In this document: positions 50,963-61,000 of the stretch, one piece after another
How positions within the stretch are numbered: position 1 is the first letter of the stretch
Layout of the letters: every line of letters begins with the position of its first letter
Source of the DNA: Rhizaria sp. SCN 62-66
Taxonomy: Eukaryota
Direction of reading: 5' to 3'
Length of the DNA: 64,000 nucleotides
Assembly (NCBI GenBank): GCA_001724265.1
Contig: MEDY01000078.1
Span: 62,001 to 126,000 of the forward strand
Notes under the pieces: model-generated
Told to the model about the DNA's origin: nothing
The model's database searches: none
Seen by the model: only the letters and a program-made list of their open reading frames with translations
Position numbers and translations under genes: made by a program

Positions 50963-51937
50963 ATGTACCCCTCCGCCTCCTCCGCGTCCGCCCGCGGCGC
51001 CGGCGCCGGCAGCGGGCCGGCCGCGGCGGCGAGCGCGGCCGCGAACGGCGGCGCGGTTTACTACAAGGTCGTCGCCCGCGTCGGGCCCAAGCTCGTCTCG
51101 ATCTTCGACGGCAAGACCGAGTACGCGCTCGGCGTTACCCTCTCGCACCCTGAGGTGCTGCTGAACCCTTCCGTGCAGTTCCCGCCAGGATACTACCTCT
51201 CAGCGACGCCCGAGGACGCCCTCAACAGTCCGATCCCGCCCTCGGCGGCGCTCTTCGTCGCGCCCCGCATCATCATCAAGTGCCTCGCCTGGGGGCCCGT
51301 GCCGCTGCCCGCGCCCGCCGCCGCGCACAAGGTCTCCTACACTGGCGGCGCGACCGTGCGCCCGCCGCGGCTGCCGGCCGGCACGGTGATCATGACGCAC
51401 GTGCGGCCGATCGAGGTCGTGCCCATCCCTTTCGGCGCCAAGAACAACCTCTTCACCCGCAAAGAGCTTACCGAGATCAAGCTTAAACACGCCTACACGC
51501 TGGCGCCGGCGTTTAACGCGGGCAGCCAGCGCAATGCGCGGCCGCTGCAGCGCTCTGAGGCGGACCGGGCCGCGCTGGCTCACAATACACTGCAGATGGA
51601 GGCTGAGTTGCGGGAGGCGCGCGCGAAGCAGATGTTCGAGACGACGACGTTGACGCCCGGGTTCGAGCACCTCATCAACCGCGCGCAGATCCGCGGCATC
51701 CAGCGGTACGTTCTGAACCACACATATGATCACTCGGTGCTCAGCCCGCCCCAGGACGACGACGATGACCATCACAGTCATCATGGTCACGGTCATGGCC
51801 ACGGCCACGGTCATGGCGGCGGTCAGGACGGTGGCGACGGCGGTGGCGGCGGCGAGAACAATGGAGAGGACGAGGATGACGGTAAGGCGGCGTACTTTAT
51901 CGACGAGTACGGCCACTCGGTGAAGCTGGCACAGTGA
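50963..51937 (+). CDS. Hypothetical protein (324 aa) with a globular N-terminal domain and His/Gly/Asp-rich C-terminus
   Basis: Single GC-rich ORF between AT-rich flanks; YYKVVARVGPKLVSIFDGKTEYALG...GYYLSATPEDAL...APRIIIKCLAWG. Stop TGA. Confidence 0.8.
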   Translation: MYPSASSASARGAGAGSGPAAAASAAANGGAVYYKVVARVGPKLVSIFDGKTEYALGVTLSHPEVLLNPSVQFPPGYYLSATPEDALNSPIPPSAALFVAPRIIIKCLAWGPVPLPAPAAAHKVSYTGGATVRPPRLPAGTVIMTHVRPIEVVPIPFGAKNNLFTRKELTEIKLKHAYTLAPAFNAGSQRNARPLQRSEADRAALAHNTLQMEAELREARAKQMFETTTLTPGFEHLINRAQIRGIQRYVLNHTYDHSVLSPPQDDDDDHHSHHGHGHGHGHGHGGGQDGGDGGGGGENNGEDEDDGKAAYFIDEYGHSVKLAQ

Positions 51938-52628
51938 AGTGTGAAGCACAGTCACAAATTTGTTACAAGCATGACTTGAAGTAAAGCGTTGTGATTCTGG
52001 CCCATTTAGGGTGATATACCGCTTATATTTTTTTTGAATAAACTAGTTCAGAAATACAGATAATAATTAGCAATGCTTTATATTTCCAAAATGTTGTATT
52101 GTTGAGAGATAACAGAAGACTAAGAACAAGGATATAGGAAAGTAATGCAATGTCCCGTTGCAAGTGAACACGAGCATGCAGCGCTAGACACACACATCGA
52201 AACAGAGACAAATGAGACAGAGGAGCAGAGATGTAGAGGAAGATATTTAGAAACGAAAAGACGCAGGCAGACCAGCGTGATAATATGCATGCATATGGGG
52301 CGTACAGCGAGCTGCCGAACTGTTAACAGCAACAAGGTGATAAGACAACTAAAGTCAGATAGCCTGTGCTGCTGCTTGATAATAACAGACATAAACAAAA
52401 CAAACATCTGACATATAACAACGCGCAACAGAGAGAGAAAAAATTCGAATATTTAAACACAAAACACAAAAACAAAGTAGTAACGAACTAAACAAACAAT
52501 AAACAAGTAAGCTCAAGCTGAACACGAACGTCTTTCAAGTGAGCGAGCAAGTGAGAGCATGGCGACTTGGCCACAGCTTGAATCACTCTCATTCCGTCGC
52601 CCTATACACGCCCGGCGGCTCACCCTGA

Positions 52629-53534
52629 TCACCAGAGCCTGGTGACGGCCAGCGCGCTTGTCTTGTGCAGCCCCTTGCTTTTTTCGGCCCTGGCGATGAT
52701 CTCGTCCATGTTTTGCGGCGTGTAGCGGGCCCAGTACGCGTCGTCAGCCGCCGCGGTGCGAGGCCGCGCCGCCGGGTAGCCGCAGCCGCTGCGCGGCATC
52801 GGCACGTGGCGGCCCGTGCGCGCGCCGAACTCCGTCGGCACATCGACATCACTCGCCGCCTTCATATGACGCTGAGACTGAGACTGTTGTTGCTGCTGCA
52901 GCTGCTTGAGTTCGGCCGCGCCGGGCCTGGCGGGCACGAGGCGCCGCGGCAGCGCCGTCGCGCCGCCGGCGGTGCTGGCCACGGGCGCGCGGCCCGGCGG
53001 GTATAGGCCCTGCGCGTAAGCCTTGGCGACCGTGTAGGGCAGCGCCTGGGGCAGCTCCCAAGGGTCGAAGTGGTTGTGGTTGCTGGGTTCGATCGGGATC
53101 GGCACCGCCAGCGCGGCCTTCTCGGCCGTGGACATCTGCGAGAGCGGCTTCTGCGCGAAGCGGACCTCGCGCGGCGCGATGTAGGGGAAGTAGAAGTCGT
53201 GCCGCGGGCCGTAGCCAAGCCCAGGCGCCAGGCGCGGGGGCTCAGACGACACCGCGGTGGCGGCGGCGGAGCTGGAGCTGGCGTGGGGGTCGGCGGGGCG
53301 GGACGCGGGGGCAGAGGAAGGACGGTAGTAGTGTTGCTGCTGCTGTTGCTGCTGCTGGTGCTGAGAGCTAGCGGAAGAAGAGCTAGAGTCGGCGGAGTTG
53401 GCGGGCGCAATAGACCAGTGCGAGACCTGGAGATCGCTCTTCTTCAGAGTGCCCACAGCGCCCGTGGGGCCCGCGCGCGCGGGCTCGTAGGCCGAGGCGT
53501 ACTGGGCGGCGCTGAAGCCGCTGAAGCCGGACAT
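52629..53534 (-). CDS. Hypothetical Pro/Ala-rich protein (301 aa)
   Basis: GC-rich ORF from ATG 53534 (MSGFSGFSAAQY) to TGA. The upstream AT-rich part of the ORF-track call looks like an intron or UTR. Confidence 0.7.
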   Translation of the reverse strand: MSGFSGFSAAQYASAYEPARAGPTGAVGTLKKSDLQVSHWSIAPANSADSSSSSASSQHQQQQQQQQHYYRPSSAPASRPADPHASSSSAAATAVSSEPPRLAPGLGYGPRHDFYFPYIAPREVRFAQKPLSQMSTAEKAALAVPIPIEPSNHNHFDPWELPQALPYTVAKAYAQGLYPPGRAPVASTAGGATALPRRLVPARPGAAELKQLQQQQQSQSQRHMKAASDVDVPTEFGARTGRHVPMPRSGCGYPAARPRTAAADDAYWARYTPQNMDEIIARAEKSKGLHKTSALAVTRLW

Positions 53535-53900
53535 TGCGATACCTGCAGAGCGACAAGGACAGGGAGATGAGCGAAAATAAAAAATGGTACTAGAGAAAAT
53601 TAGCAAACTACAATGGTTATTGGCGAAACTTTTATCCAAACGGAGATAACATGAAGATAATTGACCTCGAAGTTTGATGTCCTTCTTCTTTGAGAGCCGT
53701 TTCGTTCTCTCGAACTCGAACAATTGGACAGTTTCCACCACAAACGCTTGTGTTTCACTCAAAACAAGGTATAGCGAGGTGTAGATGAAGTAGAAATAAA
53801 CATAAGTTGTATTTTAAGATAAGTCACAACAAAAACTATTTAAATATTAAACTAGATTCGACGAGAGCAGTTATGTCAGAGATACATCCATGCCTATCGC

Positions 53901-56092
53901 TCAGAACATGTCGGGCTCCGACACCTCCGCGGCGGCCGCCGCCTCGTCGAACGCGCCGCCCTTGCGGCCCCGGCGCACCATTCCGCCCAGAATGCCCGTC
54001 ATCGTTGCCGCAATCACTTCCTCCTCGTCGTCGTCCTCGCCCGCGCCCCTCGCCGAGCTCCCCCTTACAGGCCCCCCCCCGGACGCAGAGGCCGCCGCGC
54101 CGCCCGACCTGCGCGCCGCGGCCGCCAGGCGCTGCCGCTGCGCCTCGGCCTCGGCCCGCTCGGCCGCCTGCCGCAGCGCGAGCCGCCGCGCTTCGACGGG
54201 GTCCAACGGCGCCGCCGCCGACGCTGGCGCTGCCTTGACAGAAGCCTTCCTATCATAGACATCATCATTGTCGTCGTCGTCGTCGTGGTCGTCGTCATCG
54301 TCGCTGCTAAGCGTCCGTTGAGCCTTCTTCTTGCTGGCGGCCTTCGCAGTTTTTGCTGACGCAGCGGCATCACCAGCAGCGGCCTTTTTAGACTTTTTGC
54401 CTTTCTTTGCAGCAGCCTCAGCCTCAGCCTCCGCAGCAGCAGCAGCAGCGGCGGCGGCGGCGGCCTTTTTCTTGCTCGCGCCAGTAGCGGCGGGGGCAGC
54501 GACGGTCGAGCTCTCAATCTCGCGCTCGCGAATCTTCAGCGCCCCCTTAGACTTGGCACTTACACTGCCGCCGAAGTACTTGTCGTCGTCGTCGACACCA
54601 CCCTTAGACTTGGATTTCTTGCCACCCTTAGCCGCCGTCGTCGCCGCAACAGAAGCTGCTGCCTCCCCCTGAGATTTGCTGGCGCTGGCGCCACTAGCCT
54701 TGGCGCCCCCCTTGCCAGCCGACGCCTTGGCCGCGGCTTTAGCCTCAGCCTTAGCCTCGGCCCGGGCAGCCTTAGCCTCCTCTCGCTCCTTCTTCCGCTT
54801 CTCCTTGTTCAACACACTGCTTGGCACCCCCAGGCGCGCCTCGGCCGCGGCCACGGCGGCGGCGGTGACGGCGGCGGCGGCCGCGGCGGCTGCTGCTGCG
54901 GCGGCGGCGCGCACGCCGCCCTTGGTCTTGCGCGTTTCGGCGTCGGGCAACAGCGCGATGTTGGTGTGTACCTAAAAAAGTCGCATCACAGAAAAAAACA
55001 TGCGATGTGATAACCAAGATGAGTGAGTGTGAAAAGAAAAGTACACTTTAATACGTAAAACGCCCAGTTTCACATGAAAACATGCTTTTAGTTTAGCATT
55101 AAAGAGATAAAAGAGATACATAGGTATTCATGTGATGTAAGTACCCTGTCCCAATCGCCGTCACCCTTCTTGCCCTTGGCACGGCGCTTTTGCTGCCTCA
55201 AGCTCGCGCCCTCATCCATCGCATTCGCACTCACAGGAGCAGCCGTGGGAGCGCTAGTGCCATTGTTAGCAGACTGAGACTGAGACTGAGACTGGGACTG
55301 AGGCTGAGGCGGTGGCGGCGGCTGGTTGGGGCTGAAAGCGCCAGCAGCACCAGGACTCGCAACGGCACCAATCATCGCGCTGACAATCACAGCGTTGCCG
55401 GCGGAAAGTGACGACAACTCTTCCAGCTTGGCGCCAAACAGCGCCTCCACTTCCCCAGCCTCTTCACTATGGGCGCCGCAGTTTGCGCTCGCGAACTGGA
55501 GCGCGCCCACGGTCACCGCACTGAGCGGGCACGGCTGCGCGAAAGAGAGAGCCCCCGTGACCGCATCCCGCACGAGCGCGAGGCTGAGGGGGTGCTTAGC
55601 CGCCGTGGTGTCGTAGCTGTGGTGATAGAGCGCGGCGGTGACGTCGACGGCGCTGCGCCTACTATGGAGCCGGCGGGGGCCGCGCTTGTGCAGGACGCCG
55701 GAGCAGTCGCCGCAAAGGACTTCGCCGCAGTCCAGGCAGCACAGCAGCGCAGTCGCCGCCAAAACGGGCGCAACGCTAGTCTCTGCAGCGGCGGCGGCAG
55801 CGGCGGCGGCAGTGGCCTTTTTGGACTTTTTCTTTTTCTCGACTACTTGAGTGACAAAAAAAGTTCGGTTTGACAAGATATATCAGCCATATTCAAAGTA
55901 AAAACATGATCTCAGATTAGTAAATGATGTTTAAAATAAAATAAAACACATTTTGAGTAGTATGTTGATATATTAAAACGTACCGTTGCTATCCTTGCTG
56001 TTTTTGGCCACTGACGGCTGGCCGCAGTTGTCGCAGCACAGAGTCACGAGCGCCGCGGCCGTGGCCGCAGGCAGCGGCTGCGGCTCGACAGA

Positions 56093-56132
<40 letters not shown>

Positions 56133-57602
56133 TCGAGGTAGAAGTTGAGGCGCCGGATGAGCCGACTCTGCGTCTGGGACTTAGCCTCAGCCTCAGCAGC
56201 CGCCTCCGCAGCAGCAGCAGTAGTCGCCGCGGCCGCAGACGCAGACTTTGACTTCGCTCCAGCTCTCGCCCCCACTCTGGGCTTCGCGGGGGCCGTGTTG
56301 TTGTCACCGCTGTCATTGTCGCTGTCCATTGAGAAGTCGGACGAGTCATCATCGTCGACATCGTCGTGATTCTTGTTGTCGTCGTCGTCATCCTCGTCGT
56401 CGTCAGTGCTCGACCAGTCGCTGCTGCTGTCGCCGCCGTCGTTCCTTTTGCTGCTGCTGGCATTGCTATTGAGCATTGGAGGCGGCGACAAAGCATGAAA
56501 CGCCGACGCCGGCGGCGGCGGCAGTAGCTGTGCGTGTGGATGCGTATTGGCGCCCGCAGCAGCCGACATTGACGGCGGCAGCGGCATCATACTCGGTAGC
56601 GTCTGCGGCAGCGCCAGCGCCAGAGGCAGCCCCGCCATCGAGCCGCCGCCGCCGCTGCCGCTGCTGCTGCTGCTCATAGCGGCGCCGATGCTGCTGTTGC
56701 CGAATAATGACGGCGGCGGCTGCAGCTTGAAGCCAGCGCCGCCGGCGACTGTCGCGGCGCCAACAGGGCTGCCAAAGCCCAGGCCGGGCGGGCCAAACGC
56801 GGGACCGGCGACGGCGTTGGGCAGCGTGAGAGGGAAGCCTGACGCGCTGCCGCTAGAGCTCGCCGCAAAGCTCGGCATCATGTTGACGTGTGTGTTGCGC
56901 TCTTGGCTGAGGGGGAAGCGGAGGCGTTGCGCCAGCGCGGCGGCCACAGCGTCGGCGTCGTCCTCATCAGCAGCGGCGGCGGCAGGAGCTGCTTCTTGGG
57001 CCTTGGTCTTGGCTTTGGGTTTGGTCTGAACAGGAGCAGGAGCATGAGTATTGACGGTAGCTGTTGTGGCAGCACTATTGCCATTGCTAGCGCTGCTGTT
57101 TGGCAGAGAAGGCAGCGCACGAGCGCCAGAGACGGAGCCGCGGGGCCCCGCAGCCGCAGGGGCAGAAGCAGCGGCAGGGGTGGCAGCGACGGGCTTCTCG
57201 CGGGCAGCGGAGAAGAAAGCGAGAGACGGCAAAGCAGGCTCGTCTGCGAGAATGAATCAAGGATACAAGTCACCGTAGAAAGCCGTTAGCGAAACATGAA
57301 GACAGAAATTAGATGTTAAAAAGAGTGAAGTCCTAGTACATGGCTTATATCGTGCAAGACATACCGTTGTCGTCGCTAAAGTCGTCGTTATCCGAGTGCT
57401 CTGGCGGCGGCGCGAAGCGGGACCGCGCGACCGGCGCCACGTCCTTCGCAGGCTTCGCGGGCCTTGCGGCGGGGGCCGGCGCCGAGGAAAAGCCCGGGAG
57501 CCGCGGCAACGCACCCCAGTCGGCGTCCGCGTCGGTGTTGCCCGCGGCAGGCTTGCGGGCGCGCGCGGGGACGGGGTCCTCGTCCGACCAGTCTGAGTCC
57601 AT
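53901..57602 (-). CDS. B-box-type zinc finger protein with low-complexity Ala/Lys/Asp regions (about 1088 aa)
   Basis: Exons 57602-57365, 57243-55984, 55842-55145, 54971-53901 with consistent phases. CDNC...(insertion)...CLDCGEVLCGDCSGVLHKRGPRRLHSR. Stop TGA. Confidence 0.75.
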
Positions 57603-58089
57603 TCAGTCGCAGTGAAGAGGGGAAAGAAAACGACTGCAGCGGGGCGACAAAAAAATGTGGAAGAATGTTATAAGAAAGACAGAATGACAGCAACAGGGCG
57701 TGTGTTGTGTTTAAACGGGATGTCTATTGGCGGATGTTGATGCTGTTTACGGGCAGTGATAAATCACACCCTCCTTGCCGACTCGAAGGACCGTCGCCAC
57801 GCTCGCGATCGTTTGTGGTCGGCTAAGAAACAAGAGATATCACTTGACCACGACCGTCAAACGCTAAATAACTTGCGACTAGGGATTTGAAATGGAGTTA
57901 AATTTATTATACATTTTAGATTCCTACTTAAAGCTGAGATTATACCCACTGTATCTTTTTTTTTGTGCGACTCAAAGTCAGCCTTTCTCCTCGCGCCCCC
58001 GCTCGCTCCGCCGCCGCCGCCGCAGTCGCTCCCTTCTCCGCCCCGTCTCAGCCTCCCAGGCCCCGCCCGCGCGTGCCCCCCCGCGGCCC

Positions 58090-61000
58090 ATGGATGCCCT
58101 GTATCACACGCTCGACGGCCGCGGCCTGCAGTCAGTGTCCGAGCACCTGAGCACGACCGCCACCACGGTCGTTCCCCCCGCCCCCGCCTCTGCCTCGGCT
58201 GCTCGCAACAACGCTACTGTCGACAACGCCGCGACTGCGAAGAGTGCCGCGGGCAGCGGGCGGGCATACCCGCGCTCGCGCGAGGTTGCCGCGTCGCTTG
58301 GCTGCGACTTCGACGTCCTGACGGCGCAGGCGGACGCCGACACGCTCTTTTTCACTCCCAATCCCGTCGCAAACGCCCACGCCAACTCTGCGAGCGAGAC
58401 TGGTACAGCTGCCGCTCCTCATGCTACCGTGGATGCCACTGCGACGGCGAGTGTTACTGATTATAACAACAACAACTGGGACCGTTCCAGTGCTCTGGTG
58501 CACTCGGCGCTCTTGACCCAGGCTCCCCCCTTGCCCACCACCCTCCCCCCCAGTCTCAACCCCAACAACGCCTCATCGTACAGCAGCAGCAGCGGCAATA
58601 ACAGCGGCATGGCGGCCAACGGCGGCCTAACTTCCCTCCACGACGTCATGGCTTTCTTCTCCTCTCGAACTGCCCTCTACAACAACAACAACAACAACAA
58701 CAACGACGCTTACAATGCTAATGCTGCGCACGCAGGCTCCGCCGGTTCTCGCGCGCTGTCACTCGCCAGCAACACGACGGCGCTGGCCCTCGACAACGCG
58801 CTGTCCCCTTCCCCCTTTGACGCGCTACTTCTGCGCGCGCTGGCACCGCTGCTGCTGCGCTTCGACCCGCCGCTGCTTGCGCTGCGGGCGCTGGCGCGGG
58901 CTCAGCTGGCGCGGGCCGACGCAGCCGCCAGGGCCGAGGCCGCGGCACTCGCCGCCGCCGTCGTCACCTGGGCCGCGGGGGCCGTCGACCGCCGCTGCCG
59001 CTGCCACAGTCTCACGGAGGCGTCAGAAACAGAGAATGGTATTGAGGACAACAATATCGAGAACGACAAGGACGAAGATGGTAAGACGAACAGTGATCAT
59101 TGTCGCCGTCGTCGCCGCCTGTGTGATGTGTGTGCGGCTTACAAGGCCGGACTGACGGCCTTACTTGCCCACGGCGTCCCGCTCAAAGTCAAGCCGCCCG
59201 TGCAGCAACACACAGAGCAGCAGCAAGCGCAGGCGCAGACTCAGGAAGAGCTGCTGCTCGAGTCCGAGGCCGAGCAGTCGTGGCGCCGCCAGCCCAACGC
59301 GCTTACGCTGCCGCTGACGCCGTGGCTGACCAGTCTGTTCCCCCGCACCGCGCGCACCACGGCGGCTGGGGGTGTAAGCACCCCCTTAGAGCTCCCGGCG
59401 TGGGCGTTGACCTCGGCCGCAGCGATTGACGCGCGTTGGCACCAGTACGTGGCTTCAAATTTGTGATATAGGAGCGCTCATTTCAGCTATATGTGCATGT
59501 ATTTCACTAAATACTACCACTGAGGTGTATATATACTACCACTATTTGCACTCCATTTACTGTTTTTATTGCAAAGACACCAATTTGACGTCCTTCTGCC
59601 CTTTTCTGTCCTCTTTCCGTCTTTTTGTGACCACTCCTACTTAGATGCCACGCGCTCATCACCCAGCAGGCCCGTTCCCTCAGCGACGCCCTGCTCTCCG
59701 CGCTGACACATTCGATCAGCAGCGCCCTCTCCCTGCCCTCCTCGCCCCTCCTGCCGCCCCTTGGCTCTGGCTCTGGCTCCGGCTTCGGCTCTGGCTCTGC
59801 TGCTTCCGGTGGCGCTGGGATGGGCCTGGGCCCCGCGGCCCCGCTGCGCCGACTCACGGTCATCCTCACGGTCCCGGGCCGCTGCGTGCTGGGCGGCTTG
59901 CCTCCCGCGCCGCTGCGGCTGCTGGGGACGCCCTTCCTGCCCACGGTCGCCGCGCTCGCCTGGCCACAGTTATGGCCACAGTCCCAGGCACAACAAGGAG
60001 CTTATGACACGCGTGACGCGAATCTCGCGGGAGCGTGGGGCGCCGAGGCGGCGGCGGAGGCGGAGCTCGTGGGCACGCGTGCCGTGGGCGAGCTACTTAC
60101 ACCGCGTGTAAGTACCCCCGGGCCTATGTCCGCGCGCGCGAGCAATCTGAGCGCTGCCGGTGGCATCGGGGCTGTCGGGGGCATCGGTGGCAGTAGCAAC
60201 AACGTCTGCAGGCTCCCTGGCACTCTGCCTTTGCCTTTGCCTAGTACCACTCCCGTGAACGCCAACGCTAATCTCGCTAACCCCCCACAACAACAACAAC
60301 AACAACAGCAGCAGCTGTACCAGAGCGCGGTGGCGCTGCGCCGCGCCCTGAGCGTCGGCCCCGCCGTCGCCGTCAGCGGCTGCGATGACTTCGGGCTTGA
60401 CATCGAGGCCGTCGGCGCCGTCGGCTCAGCGCGTGGAGGGTACGTCCATCAAAACAACAGAAGTTGCATTTTGGCAGTGATCTTGGGGCGAATCAACATG
60501 AACCTCTTCTACTATATATTTCCTTATCTCTCCTCTATTTCACCTCACTTTTTTTTTTCCCCTCGTCATCTATATGTGCTCACATCGATCGCAACTCTTC
60601 TCCCTCTCCTCCATTGTTATTGTCGTCTTGTAGTGTGGGCCTGCTGTCTTCCGGCCACGGGGGCGAGACCGCTTTGGCCACATACGCCTACCTGCACGCC
60701 GTCGACGACATCCGCCAAGAACAGCAACAGCAACAGCAGCTGCAGCAACAGGGTGGTCCCAGGACTCCGCCCTTTGGCCCTAGCGGCGGCAACAATAATA
60801 GCCGTAGCCGTCCCATCTCCCCTGCCCCCGACTCTCACGGCAGCAACTCCATGATCGACTACAATAACCCTGACTACGCCGCCAGCGCGAACGCCGCCGC
60901 TCATCCCAACAGCCGCAGTCCGGCCAGCTCGAGCGCCAATGCCGCAGGCCCAGCTACCGCCGCCGCTGCCCCGGCTGCTGCTCCTGCTGCTCCTGCCGCT

